Shown: in pieces, positions 39,548 through 49,549 of the stretch
Layout: every line of letters begins with the position of its first letter
How positions within the stretch are numbered: position 1 is the first letter of the stretch
NCBI GenBank assembly: GCA_965218695.1
Contig: OZ244651.1
Coordinates: forward strand, 1,376,001-1,440,000
Source: Nitrosopumilus sp.
GTDB taxonomy: Archaea; Thermoproteota; Nitrososphaeria; Nitrososphaerales; Nitrosopumilaceae
Direction: 5' to 3'
DNA: 64,000 nt
The notes under the pieces: generated by a model
Databases searched by the model: none
What the model was told of the DNA's origin: nothing
What the model saw: the letters and a program-made list of their open reading frames with translations, nothing else
Made by a program: the position numbers and the translations under genes

Positions 39548-42044
39548 CCCCAAACTCCCGATTCATCCTTCTGAGAAGGGCAGAGTGTATACGCACCCTC
39601 TCAAGCATCTGTGCCTGCGTCCTCTCTGTTCCGGGCGCGGGGTTCTCCTTGAAGAATGCCGCTATCTCGGACTCCATGGAGTCGTCTGCCACAGACGATA
39701 TGCTGGCAACTATCCGGTTGAGCAGCGGGTTTCCGGAGCCGACCTTCCTGTTGAGCCGCTTCCAGTTCTTCTTCAGCCACGGCCACAGGATCTTTTTGCC
39801 GTGCGGGTTGGCAGCCACCTTCATTATCGGCAGCTGCATGTTCTGGGAGCGGACCTCGGGTGTCTGTGAAAAGTTGAGTGTCTTGGTGAGAAGCCGCGTG
39901 TCTTGGAACCCGCACATGGCGCCCAGAAACCTGAGCCTCTCCTCTGCGGTGCCGGCGTTCCTGTACAGATCCAGCAGCTGGGCAAACGTCTTGGCGTTTC
40001 CGTTCCAGGCTGCAATGGAGCAGACAGGCTCGATGAGGTCGGGCCTGAGGGAGTCGGGGGATTCCAGGAATCGGTCGTACCGCGCACGCGCCTCGGCAGC
40101 CACTTCTGCATCATTCATCCGCCCCAGCGCAGATATCACAAACGTGCGCAGCATGGCATCGGTGTGGCTGTCCGTCTTTTTGGGGTTCCATCCCAGGCGC
40201 CGAAGCATCGCCTTGAGGTGGCGCCGGGCGTACCTGCCGACCTCTCCTGAGAACCCCTCGTGGAATGCGCCAAAGTACAGCGATGCCAGGTTGCGTGCGA
40301 CGTTGAGGGATGCCATGTAGCTCTCCTCGTCAATGTACGCATCCGAAAAGTCCAGGTAGTTTCGTACCGTCTTGTCGCCGGATACGCAAAGAGAGAAGAG
40401 ATCGTTTTGGATTGCCCACCGGTCTATTGCGGGAATCTCCTTTTTATCCACCAGCGGCTTGAGGTCAGAGAGCATCGCGTCATCGTACCTGACCCGGTAG
40501 AATCCCTTTCGTCCGTGGTTCACGACGGGTCCCAGGGTACCCTTGGGAAGCCTCACCGACACGGACTCTTTCTTGAGGAGCCTCCTTGATGACTCGTCTT
40601 GGAGTCCCATGGACAGCGGGATGTGCCAGAGTCCGCCGGAGTGATCCTCGTCGTGCTCCAGCAGGTAGCGCCTCTGCTCGAGGCGCAGGGTGCTGCTGCC
40701 GCTCCGGCTTGCCAGGACCAGCGGGAACCCGGGCTGCTTGAGCCAGGTGTCCACCATGGATGCCACGGGCATCCCAGACGCCCTGCCAATCGCGTTCCAC
40801 AGATCCCTTCCCTCTGCGTTTCCGTACTTGAAGTCGGACAGGTACCTCTTGAGGCCCTTTTGGAAGTTCGGCTCGCCGACATAGTGCTCAAGCATCCGCA
40901 GTATGCACCCCCCCTTGTCGTACGATATCGCGTCAAATATCTCCCGGATCTCTGCAGGCGAGTTTACCGTGACGTCTATCGGGTGGGTGGTCTTCAGGGA
41001 GTCGATTCCCATTGCAGCCAGCATGGCATCATCTACAAACTGGCTCCACAGGTCCCATTCTGGATAGAACCGGTCGACAAACTTTGTCGCCATGAACGTG
41101 GCAAAGCTCTCGTTGAGCCACAGGTCGTTCCACCACTTCATGGTGACCAGGTTTCCAAACCACTGGTGCGCGATCTCGTGGGAGATGACTTCTGCGATGA
41201 ACTGCTTGGTCCTAGTGGAGGAGGTCTTGGGGTCGTAAAGCAGGATCGTCTCCCGGAACGTGATGGCCCCCCAGTTCTCCATGGCGCCTGCAGCAAAGTC
41301 CGGGATGGCAATCAGGTCCAGTTTGGGCAGGGGGTACTTTATCCCAAAGTATTCCTCGTATGAGGCCAGCAGCTTCTTGCCCAGATTCAGCGAGTATCTT
41401 CCGCGGGACTTGTTTCCCTTTGTGGTTACGACCCGGATTCTGGTATCTCCTGTCCGTCCCGAGAGGTACTCAAACTCGCCCACGCCAAGATAGATCAGGT
41501 AGGTGGGGGTTACCGGGGTCTTTGCAAACCGGTGTGTCGTTTTGCCCCCGGATCTCTTCTTTGAGAGGACGGGCATGTTTGATATTGCAGAGAGGGCGTC
41601 GTCTGCCACTATGGATATCTCAAATGTGGCCTTTGCCATGGGCTCGTCCCAGCACGGAAACGCGCGCCTTGCATCGGCTGCCTCAAACTGCGTCGTGGCA
41701 AGATACTTTGTCGTGCCGTCCTGCTCGTACCGGCTTCGGTAGAAGCCAAGGAGACGGTCGTTTAGCGTCCCCTGAAACTTTACAGATATCGTTACAGGGC
41801 CCTTGATCTTCTCGTCCAGCGTTATCCTCAGTTCCTCTTGTTTATCGTCGGTGGCATGGGTGGAGCCGATCTTTTTGCCTTCGTACTCCACCACGCATGA
41901 TCTTATCTTCAGTTCTGCACAGTGCATGGTTATCCTGTCGGTATTTACCATGCAGGATGCAGAGATTGTCTCGGTTCCCTCAAAGACAAACTTTTCAAGA
42001 TCCGGCTCAAAGATCAGATTATAGTTAATGGGCTTTACGTCCAC
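39540..42044 (-). CDS. pepN: M1 family aminopeptidase (PepN / tricorn-interacting-factor-like)
   Basis: TQFEAADARRAFPC, GAMEN, HEIAH...NE; GTG start at 42044 inferred. Confidence 0.94.
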   Translation of the reverse strand: MDVKPINYNLIFEPDLEKFVFEGTETISASCMVNTDRITMHCAELKIRSCVVEYEGKKIGSTHATDDKQEELRITLDEKIKGPVTISVKFQGTLNDRLLGFYRSRYEQDGTTKYLATTQFEAADARRAFPCWDEPMAKATFEISIVADDALSAISNMPVLSKKRSGGKTTHRFAKTPVTPTYLIYLGVGEFEYLSGRTGDTRIRVVTTKGNKSRGRYSLNLGKKLLASYEEYFGIKYPLPKLDLIAIPDFAAGAMENWGAITFRETILLYDPKTSSTRTKQFIAEVISHEIAHQWFGNLVTMKWWNDLWLNESFATFMATKFVDRFYPEWDLWSQFVDDAMLAAMGIDSLKTTHPIDVTVNSPAEIREIFDAISYDKGGCILRMLEHYVGEPNFQKGLKRYLSDFKYGNAEGRDLWNAIGRASGMPVASMVDTWLKQPGFPLVLASRSGSSTLRLEQRRYLLEHDEDHSGGLWHIPLSMGLQDESSRRLLKKESVSVRLPKGTLGPVVNHGRKGFYRVRYDDAMLSDLKPLVDKKEIPAIDRWAIQNDLFSLCVSGDKTVRNYLDFSDAYIDEESYMASLNVARNLASLYFGAFHEGFSGEVGRYARRHLKAMLRRLGWNPKKTDSHTDAMLRTFVISALGRMNDAEVAAEARARYDRFLESPDSLRPDLIEPVCSIAAWNGNAKTFAQLLDLYRNAGTAEERLRFLGAMCGFQDTRLLTKTLNFSQTPEVRSQNMQLPIMKVAANPHGKKILWPWLKKNWKRLNRKVGSGNPLLNRIVASISSVADDSMESEIAAFFKENPAPGTERTQAQMLERVRIHSALLRRMNREFGDG

Positions 42045-42155
42045 GGCTGTTCTCTTTTTGTTGCGCCATAAGTAGATTTTCCGGCATGGGATTACATGCA
42101 GAGCCCAGTGGGGGCAATGCAAACCTCAAATACGCACGCTCCATGTGTAATCATA

Positions 42156-43076
42156 TTGGATTTTGAAGAGCTGCAGCACTTTATCGGGCACAAGATGAGG
42201 ATGACCCACGTCTACCAGCCGCTGCTGATCAAGACCCTGCTGCTCTCCGGAGGCAGCGCGGCCGCCGAGAATGTTGCCAGGGGTTTTTTGAACGAGGACA
42301 AGGCGCAGCTGGAATACTATGTCCAGATAGCAAAGCGCTGGCCCCTGCAGACCCTGAGAAAACACAAGGTGGTAGACTATGACCGCGGCGTCTTTACGCT
42401 GCTGCTGGATGACATCACAAAGGAACAGGGGGAGAGGCTCGTGGAGCTCTGCGATCTGAGATACCAAGAGTACGTTGACAAGACGCTCAGGCTGCCGTGG
42501 TTTGACAGGCGCGGCTCCAGGGAGCACATCCCGGGCCAGATCAGGTTTGCCGTGCTAGCCAAGTCAAAGGGCGTCTGCGTGGCGTGCGGCGTCTCTTCCC
42601 TGGATAGGGCCCTTGAGATCGACCACATAGTGCCCGTGAGCATGGGAGGCGCAAACGAGCTTTCAAACCTCCAGGCGCTCTGCTACAAGTGCAACGCGCA
42701 AAAAAAGAACAGGGACGACACGGACTTTGTCATGGTCTTGAACCGGCTCAAGTACAGGAATCCCAAATGCCCGTTCTGCACGTCAAAGGATCCCGTGTTT
42801 GACAACCGCATGGCCTTTGCCCTGCGGGATGCAAAACCTGCCACCCACCTGCACTCGCTGGTCCTGCCGAGGCGACACACGGGCAACTTTTTTGATCTCA
42901 TACCTGCAGAAAAGTCGCTCTGCCTCGCCCTGATAGATTCGGTCAAGTCAGACATACAGGAGAAGGACGGTACCGTGACAGGGTTCACGGTGAGGTTCGA
43001 GACGGGCCAGATGGCAGGCAGCATGGCAGAGCACTGCCAGATTCACGTGATTCCAAACCGGCACGAGAAGGCGTGA
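42156..43076 (+). CDS. HNH endonuclease fused to a C-terminal HIT-like domain
   Basis: CVACG...EIDHIVP...GG.NELSNLQALCYKCN HNH; CPFC...HSLVLPRRH...HCQIHVIP HIT fold; TTG start inferred. Confidence 0.85.
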   Translation: MDFEELQHFIGHKMRMTHVYQPLLIKTLLLSGGSAAAENVARGFLNEDKAQLEYYVQIAKRWPLQTLRKHKVVDYDRGVFTLLLDDITKEQGERLVELCDLRYQEYVDKTLRLPWFDRRGSREHIPGQIRFAVLAKSKGVCVACGVSSLDRALEIDHIVPVSMGGANELSNLQALCYKCNAQKKNRDDTDFVMVLNRLKYRNPKCPFCTSKDPVFDNRMAFALRDAKPATHLHSLVLPRRHTGNFFDLIPAEKSLCLALIDSVKSDIQEKDGTVTGFTVRFETGQMAGSMAEHCQIHVIPNRHEKA

Positions 43077-43149
43077 ACGGTCACACCACGGATGAGGCGG
43101 TGGCGATCCGGGTTCCATAGTTAATATTTGTGTCATTCCCACCATACCC

Positions 43150-44148
43150 ATGGCAAAGACGTGGAAGGACGAGGAGATCAGCCTCGAGAAGATCAAGGAT
43201 CAGACCGTTGCCGTGATTGGCTACGGGATCCAGGGAGACGCGCAGGCCAACAACATGAAGGACTCCGGCCTGAAGGTAATCGTGGGCCTCAAGGAGGGCG
43301 GCAACAGCTGGGGCAAGGCAAAGACAGACGGCCACAACGTAATGCCGGTCGCAGACGCAGTCAAGCAGGCAGACATCATCCACATACTGGTACCAGACAT
43401 GATCCAGGGCGAGATGTACAAAAGCGAGATAGCCCCCAACCTTTCGGAGGGCAACGCGCTGTCATTTTCCCATGCAGCTGCCATCTACTGGAAGTGGGTT
43501 GAGGCTCCAAGCAACGTGGATCTTATCATGGTCGCCCCCAAGGGACCAGGCTCCAAGGTACGGGAGACGTACCTTGACGGCTTTGGGACGCCGTCCATAG
43601 TAGCAGTCGAGCAGGACTTTACCGGAATGGCATGGGACAGGACGCTTGGAATTGCAAAGGCCATAGGAAGCGCAAGGGCCGGCCTCATCAGGACCACCTT
43701 CAAGGAGGAGGTGGAGACTGACTGGTTTGGCGAACAGGCCGACCTGTGCGGCGGTGCGGCATCCATGGTGACAAACGCCTTTGAGACGCTAGTCGAGGCA
43801 GGCTACCAGCCGGAAATCGCATACTTTGAGGTGCTGCACGAGCTGAAGCTCATAGTGGACATGATTCAAAGGTATGGCATCAACGGCATGTGGAATCGCG
43901 TCAGCGAGACTGCAAGGTATGGTGGCCTGACGCGCGGGCCGATGGTGATGGACGAGGCAAGCAAGGAGAGGATGAGAGACGTTCTGGCCATGATTCAGGA
44001 CGGAACCTTCAACGCCGAGTGGACATCCGAGTATCAAAAGAGCGGCAAGGACGCATTTGCCAAGTACATGAAGCAGTACGACAACCACCAGATAGAAAAG
44101 GTCGGCAAGCAGATGCGCAAGATGATGTGGCCAGACTCCACCGAATAA
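43150..44148 (+). CDS. ilvC: Ketol-acid reductoisomerase
   Basis: IGYGIQG, APKGPG, ETDWFGEQ, SETARYG. Confidence 0.96.
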   Translation: MAKTWKDEEISLEKIKDQTVAVIGYGIQGDAQANNMKDSGLKVIVGLKEGGNSWGKAKTDGHNVMPVADAVKQADIIHILVPDMIQGEMYKSEIAPNLSEGNALSFSHAAAIYWKWVEAPSNVDLIMVAPKGPGSKVRETYLDGFGTPSIVAVEQDFTGMAWDRTLGIAKAIGSARAGLIRTTFKEEVETDWFGEQADLCGGAASMVTNAFETLVEAGYQPEIAYFEVLHELKLIVDMIQRYGINGMWNRVSETARYGGLTRGPMVMDEASKERMRDVLAMIQDGTFNAEWTSEYQKSGKDAFAKYMKQYDNHQIEKVGKQMRKMMWPDSTE

Positions 44149-44156
44149 GAAGAGGA

Positions 44157-44579
44157 CTAAATTCTTCCCAGATCAGAGACGCCCGTGTTGATGTGATCTA
44201 TTATTGCCGGCAACGGCGTTCCGGGGCCAAACACGTGATCCACCCCCGACTTCATCAGCGCCTTGTGATCCACGTCGGGAATCACGCCGCCCCCTACTAC
44301 CAGCACGTTCTCAACGTCCCTCTTCTTCAGCTCCCTTATCACCCTTGGAAACAGCGTCCCGTGTGCGCCGTTGAGCAGGCTCATCGCAATCGCATCCACG
44401 TCCTCGTCCTGGGCAATCTGCGCCACCCTCTCGGGAGTTGCAAACAGGCCAGAATAGATTACCTCCATGCCGGCATCCCGAAAGGCCCTGCAGAGTACAA
44501 GCGCACCCCGGTCGTGGCCGTCAAGGCCAAGCTTGGCAACCAGGATCTTGATGCTTCTGGATGCGGCCTTCTGCTTCAT
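44157..44579 (-). CDS. Methylmalonyl-CoA mutase small (B12-binding) subunit
   Basis: GLDGHDRG cobalamin-binding motif, GGGVIP. Confidence 0.94.
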   Translation of the reverse strand: MKQKAASRSIKILVAKLGLDGHDRGALVLCRAFRDAGMEVIYSGLFATPERVAQIAQDEDVDAIAMSLLNGAHGTLFPRVIRELKKRDVENVLVVGGGVIPDVDHKALMKSGVDHVFGPGTPLPAIIDHINTGVSDLGRI

Positions 44580-44766
44580 ACCGGTAACTGGACTATGGAT
44601 CTTTTAAAATCCTTCTGCAGGATCCGGATACGTAGAGCAGGAGATTCCGCATGCGGGCAGATGAAACGGTGTCCCCCGCAATGGCATTAATCCGTGTCAT
44701 CTGGAAGGAATCCCCCAAACCGCGATTACGGCAGATTTGGTACCACCACCCGCAGGCCCTCTCCCT

Positions 44767-44802
<36 letters not shown>

Positions 44803-44923
44803 TGTCAGATCTCAATTATTCGGCTGCACGACCTGCACTTGACTACAACCCCGTCGCCTGGAAGCCGGACAAACCTCTTCGAGCCGCATCCGGGGCAGAT
44901 TGGGCATGCACGGACCGGCTTCA

Positions 44924-45454
44924 TCAGTGTTTTGTGGGGACGGTGTCTGATTTAGATATTACCTCGAGCCTTTCTTTGGCGTTGATTCCCGTAAGAAAAG
45001 CATACACCGCATCCGGCACAAGGCTCTTCCAGTCCCCGCCGGATGCTATCAGCGAGCGAATCCGCGTGGCGTTGTACCTCGAGGTGTCTAGAAACTCCGG
45101 CAATATCACCTCCACCCCGGAGTCTGACAGCAGCATGGAGACGTAGTCGTTTCCGCTGTACACGCGATCAAAGCGGGGCAGTGCGGACATTAGGTAGGAG
45201 TGCCAGGTGGCAACATTGAACTGGTTTTCGATTGAGAGGACAAGAAACCTAGACCGGTCAAGGCCGGAGGCCTTGAGGGATTCGTGGATCATCTCGATGC
45301 GCTCTCCTGCCGTGAACGGATCCTTCTCCAGGTAGTTGAACTGGGCGCTTGTGACTGCTATTATCGCCTCGTCACAGTCCCCAAGGATGCGTTCTGCCAG
45401 ATGCAGGTGGCCAAGATGAAACGGCTGGAACCTGCCCATCATTAATCCGCGCAC
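44924..45454 (-). CDS. nadM: Nicotinamide-nucleotide adenylyltransferase (NadM)
   Basis: GRFQPFHLGH, PFTAGER, NATRIR. Confidence 0.92.
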   Translation of the reverse strand: MRGLMMGRFQPFHLGHLHLAERILGDCDEAIIAVTSAQFNYLEKDPFTAGERIEMIHESLKASGLDRSRFLVLSIENQFNVATWHSYLMSALPRFDRVYSGNDYVSMLLSDSGVEVILPEFLDTSRYNATRIRSLIASGGDWKSLVPDAVYAFLTGINAKERLEVISKSDTVPTKH

Positions 45455-45483
45455 ATCAGGGAGTGGTTTTTGATTTAATTAAG

Positions 45484-46443
45484 TTAGACTATGGTGCCGC
45501 TTCCAAGGATGCGGACGGTGGGGGACTCGGGTTTCAGGATTACTGCGGTGTCGCCCGTCCGGCAGACCAGCGGTTTTTCAAACTCCAGTATCACGGGATC
45601 AACAGATGAGAACCGCGCAGCCTTTACCTGCAGGCCCGCGCTCACAAGGCATCCCTGGTTCTGCGTGATTTCGCCCTTGTAGAACCGGTTGGGCGTAAAG
45701 TCAAGCGTGATTGCCGTTCGGGTCTCGGCTGCCCCCTCTGCGCACAGCACGTCCCCGCGTCCAATCTCGTCGGGCCGCGCCCCCTTTACTGCAAGTCCCA
45801 CCCGTGCAGGGGAGACGGATTCTGGGGTGGGATCATCGTGCATCTGAATCGACTTTACCAGGACGTCATGCCCTCCGGGATAGTGCCGGAGCGTGTCATA
45901 CTGTTTGATCCTGCCGGAGGTCACCTTTCCCAGCACCACTGTGCCCACCCCCCGGACATCAAAGCAGTGATCAACTGTAACTACGGGTGGGCCGTCACAC
46001 GATACGGGGCCCAGTTTGATCATGGCGTCTTTCATCTGGTCCTGTTCAACCCGGGTATACCCTTCCACGACTGTTCCCTTGATCATCGCATCGAGCCTTG
46101 AGGCGTCCACATCAAACGTGTGCGACAGGATTCCCCTTGTCTTTTTGAGCAGGTCAAGGGCGATTATCTGCTCTCCGGTAAACCTGCCCAGCGCATCCAC
46201 GTGAAATATGACATACTCTGCCAGGTTGATTGCCTGGAGCAGGGGCTGTATCTTGTCAGGGAATCCACTCGGGGTAACCCACGTCCTGATGGTGCCGGAC
46301 TCTTTTCGGTCGTACATGGAGAGATCCGTGACTGTCCCCCTCTTTCCAAACTCGGATGCAGTGTCCTGTCTGCCCAGTACCACAAAGTTTACAGACTCCA
46401 CAGGGGACGTGCCGGTGCACAACCTTATGAAGTTTTGAATCAT
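45484..46443 (-). CDS. Archaeal EF-Tu/SelB-like protein (degenerate GTPase + domain II)
   Basis: DHCFDVRGVGTVVLG, VKSIQMHD, RVGLAVK; true start may be internal (VESVNF). Confidence 0.8.
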   Translation of the reverse strand: MIQNFIRLCTGTSPVESVNFVVLGRQDTASEFGKRGTVTDLSMYDRKESGTIRTWVTPSGFPDKIQPLLQAINLAEYVIFHVDALGRFTGEQIIALDLLKKTRGILSHTFDVDASRLDAMIKGTVVEGYTRVEQDQMKDAMIKLGPVSCDGPPVVTVDHCFDVRGVGTVVLGKVTSGRIKQYDTLRHYPGGHDVLVKSIQMHDDPTPESVSPARVGLAVKGARPDEIGRGDVLCAEGAAETRTAITLDFTPNRFYKGEITQNQGCLVSAGLQVKAARFSSVDPVILEFEKPLVCRTGDTAVILKPESPTVRILGSGTIV

Positions 46444-46446
46444 GCG

Positions 46447-47683
46447 CGGCGTTGTCCACCTTTTGATAATCCTGCTCTATTTCACACTATTTTTGGTTCA
46501 TTTTGGCATCCCAAACCTGGACTCTGAAGGGGTTTCTGGTGTCGGCAGGCTTGCGGTTGGTCGTTTTTGAGCCGTTTTCATCTAGTGGTGCATGGCATCC
46601 GCTGGAACCGGAAACCGGCATTCTGCCCCTACCGGGACCCCTATGCTATCAGGTTGTAGCAGATGCTTCGCAGGATTATCTGGAGTCTCTGCATGGGAAA
46701 CGTCTTTGCGGCCACGACGGAACCGAACCTCTCCTTCATGGATGAGAACACGGACTCGACAAGACTGCGCTGGTGGTACACCTTCTCGAACCCTTCCCGA
46801 TCCCGCCTGAACCAGCGGAGCATCTCTGCCCTGGGATTGAAGCCCTTTGCGGTGTGGTTCTTGCGGGGCCAGATCACCGGTTTTCTGCCGCTGTCGTAGA
46901 TCATCTTGCAGTTTGCGTGCGCGTCATACGCCGAATCCAGCATGACGTGCCCGTCGCCGTCTGGCGTGCGGGCAAACATCTTCCGGAATATCGGCGAGTC
47001 GTGGGCAAGTCCGGGCGTCACCATGCATGCGGCGATCCTTCCGTGCGGGGCTACCAGTATGTGCAGCTTGACGAACTGACGCCTGGGTATGATGCCCTTC
47101 TTGGCATCCTCCCAGTCGGCGTAGATGTTGATGGAAAATCCGCTTGCGTCCCCAAGGAGCGGACCGTGAGCGTCACTCCCTGCCTGTCCCAGGATCACTT
47201 CCATCAGAATCTTCTGCTTTTCTGCCAGCCTCTTGGCTGCCGCATGCAGGCACGATTTGGACGGAACGGCTTTTAAGCCGCAGACGTGCAGTGAACCTGG
47301 GTTTGCCTCGAGGTACGAGACGTGTTCCCGGTACGAGTTGCCGCGAAACTCCTTGTCCATGAGGCAGATCAAGTAGGAGATCATGCGCCGGTCCTTGTCG
47401 GACTTGGGCTTGCAGATCTCGTACAGGATGGTGGTAAGGGCGAGGATTCCGATTGACACTCGTTTCCCCTCCCCACTCCTTCGCATCTCGTATTTTTTGC
47501 TGTAGCCTTTCGGGCGCACCCATTTCTTCTTGTCTTCCTTGTCTCTGTTCTTTGCTTTCCTCTTTTTTCTATTGGAATTCATTAATTGTGGGCAGGATCG
47601 GTGATCCAAAACTTTTCGGATGTCTGACGCTAATGATCTTTAAGCGTAACGCTGCTTTTTTGAGGAAGATGTGGACAACGCCG
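46447..47683 (-). mobile_element. IS5-family element type A
   Basis: 13-bp IR CGGCGTTGTCCAC; TSD ATCATGCG (46439-46 / 47684-91; 9 bp if the left end is 46448). Confidence 0.88.
46641..47582 (-). CDS. IS5 family transposase (type A)
   Basis: GDASGF, VKLHI, LDSAYD, YHQRSLVESVFSSMK. Confidence 0.88.
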   Translation of the reverse strand: MNSNRKKRKAKNRDKEDKKKWVRPKGYSKKYEMRRSGEGKRVSIGILALTTILYEICKPKSDKDRRMISYLICLMDKEFRGNSYREHVSYLEANPGSLHVCGLKAVPSKSCLHAAAKRLAEKQKILMEVILGQAGSDAHGPLLGDASGFSINIYADWEDAKKGIIPRRQFVKLHILVAPHGRIAACMVTPGLAHDSPIFRKMFARTPDGDGHVMLDSAYDAHANCKMIYDSGRKPVIWPRKNHTAKGFNPRAEMLRWFRRDREGFEKVYHQRSLVESVFSSMKERFGSVVAAKTFPMQRLQIILRSICYNLIA

Positions 47684-47761
47684 ATCATGCGCTGCAGGCC
47701 AGAAGGGTCGCAGACATCCGGGTGCTGTTGCTGCTGCATGTGCAAAGGCTGCCCGGCTGGC

Positions 47762-47788
47762 CTACTACTACTACTACTACTACTACTA
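47762..47788. repeat. (CTA)9 tract, equal to nine in-frame TAG stops ending purN
   Basis: Direct read of 47762-47788. Confidence 0.9.
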
Positions 47789-48526
47789 CCAGTCCACCAA
47801 GTTGCGCAGCCGCGCCGACACCACATCGGCGCCATCACCAGGCACCGACACCACACACGGCGTGTCTGCAGGACTCCTCTCAGATACTGCAAATGTGCCG
47901 CCGCCGCCATTCCACAGATACGCTACTCTGCCGCACCCGACTGCGGATGCAGCCGCGTTGCCTGCATCATCAAACATCATGCTGTTGCTGTCTGGTTCTG
48001 GTGTGCCGAGATCACTCCGCGCCAGAAACAGCCTGACTGCCCGCACGTACGCCTCATGCTCCCGCAGAATGATGCGGTCTGAGAGGGTATCCTCGGTGTC
48101 CCCGGGCATGACAGGCACTGCGTCCTGCAGGATGATCCTCCCGGTGTCCACGCCTGCATCTGCCATGTGGACGGTGCAACCAGAATACTTTACGCTGCCC
48201 TCTACGGCCTGCCTCTGTGCATGCAGTCCCGGAAACAGCGGCAGCAGCGAGGGGTGTATGTTCATGACGCTGTACCTTTCAGTCACGCGCGAGGGAAGGA
48301 TCCTCATGAATCCTGCCATGCACACCAGATCCGGATCAAGGGAGTCCAGCACGGATACGATTCCGTCCATGGCAGACTCCACGACGCACTCGATCCCCAT
48401 GTCCTGCGCAGTCTTGATTCCTGCCGCACCAGGCACGTTGCAGACTACTGCCTGCACGTCTACATTCTTGGCCAGCGACTCCATGTTGGAGCCGCGCCCG
48501 GATATCAGAACTACAATCCCGGTCAA
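47786..48526 (-). CDS. purN: Phosphoribosylglycinamide formyltransferase with ~70-aa C-terminal extension
   Basis: VLISGRGSNM, AGFMRIL, NIHPSLLP, GCTVH...VDTG; TTG start inferred. Confidence 0.9.
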   Translation of the reverse strand: MTGIVVLISGRGSNMESLAKNVDVQAVVCNVPGAAGIKTAQDMGIECVVESAMDGIVSVLDSLDPDLVCMAGFMRILPSRVTERYSVMNIHPSLLPLFPGLHAQRQAVEGSVKYSGCTVHMADAGVDTGRIILQDAVPVMPGDTEDTLSDRIILREHEAYVRAVRLFLARSDLGTPEPDSNSMMFDDAGNAAASAVGCGRVAYLWNGGGGTFAVSERSPADTPCVVSVPGDGADVVSARLRNLVDW

Positions 48527-48790
48527 TTCAGACCGCCTGCCCTCCTCCTCCTCCTCCTGCCCGCACAACCCCCACAGGAACGTGTCCTGTTATGGTATGC
48601 CCCGATACGCTTGAAGCCGAGCCGGCATGGTGTGAAAGGCGAACTACTGCCAAGTGGAACAGGATCAGCCTCCCTTCCGAGTTCTGTTCCACGGCACATG
48701 CAGACTCCCATGAACCAGCATTGCATGTACGGCTAAAAGATTCTTTTTGTCCGGCGGGAGTAGTTCTGGTATTCTTGTATCGGCGCACCC

Positions 48791-49549
48791 TCATGGAAAC
48801 GCATCAAGTACGGCAGCATAGCTTACAAACCTGTGATTCTCCGGCCGGACACGTATCTGCCGGTACTTGGAGGAGACCGGCCTGCCTGCAACCCCGCAAA
48901 GACCAAGCGAGCCGTGTATGTATCCTGTGTCATTGGCATAATTGAGCACCTCATCTGTAGGCGCGTAATGGTTGACTATCTCTTCAGACACGGCGTCATC
49001 AAGAATCCTGCCGTACTTTTCAGACGACGGGACCCGGTCGGAGATCGAGGCGCCAAACAGGTGGACGCTGCGGACCGCAGGTCCTCCCATCCGGCCTGCA
49101 AGGTACTCTAGCGTGCTGAGGATCACCTGGGAGCCCAGCGAGTGGCCCATTAGCCGTATCGCAGTGTCTGGGCTTGCACACCTGAAATCCTCGATGAACC
49201 GGCCCAGGTGGCACCCGTTCATCACGGCGATCCTCTGGCCGACTTCCAGTGCGGACTTTTCATGCTTTGCCAGGTGGGCGCCGGTGGTGTTAGAATCGTA
49301 GCTGAACCCCACCACCGGAAAGTCATACCCGAGGTGGCGCAGGCGCTCCCGGGCAATGGCCGTCTTTTGGATAGCGCCGCGGCTGTCGTTTCTCAGCCCG
49401 TGAATCATTATAGTGACCTCTGCAGAGACTCCTCTCCTGAGATCCTCAAAGTACCGCCTGGGGTACAGGTAGTATGCATCGTCTTTGAGCCTTTGGCCCG
49501 TGGAAAGATCATAGTATCCCCGAGTGGAGATGCGCGGAATCCTCCTCAT
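48791..49549 (-). CDS. Alpha/beta hydrolase (DUF726/DUF900-like)
   Basis: IHGL, GHSLG nucleophile elbow, terminal NH. Confidence 0.8.
   Translation of the reverse strand: MRRIPRISTRGYYDLSTGQRLKDDAYYLYPRRYFEDLRRGVSAEVTIMIHGLRNDSRGAIQKTAIARERLRHLGYDFPVVGFSYDSNTTGAHLAKHEKSALEVGQRIAVMNGCHLGRFIEDFRCASPDTAIRLMGHSLGSQVILSTLEYLAGRMGGPAVRSVHLFGASISDRVPSSEKYGRILDDAVSEEIVNHYAPTDEVLNYANDTGYIHGSLGLCGVAGRPVSSKYRQIRVRPENHRFVSYAAVLDAFP

Noticed and set aside
44580-44760. Cobalamin riboswitch upstream of the B12-binding mutase subunit
   Set aside because: The weak motif resemblance (CCCCCGCAA, TGGAAGG) is on the wrong strand and the conserved core is absent.
48654-48692. SRP RNA helix 8
   Set aside because: Only GGAAGGGAG matches; the flanking CAGG/AGCA loop and the rest of the 7S RNA are not evident.
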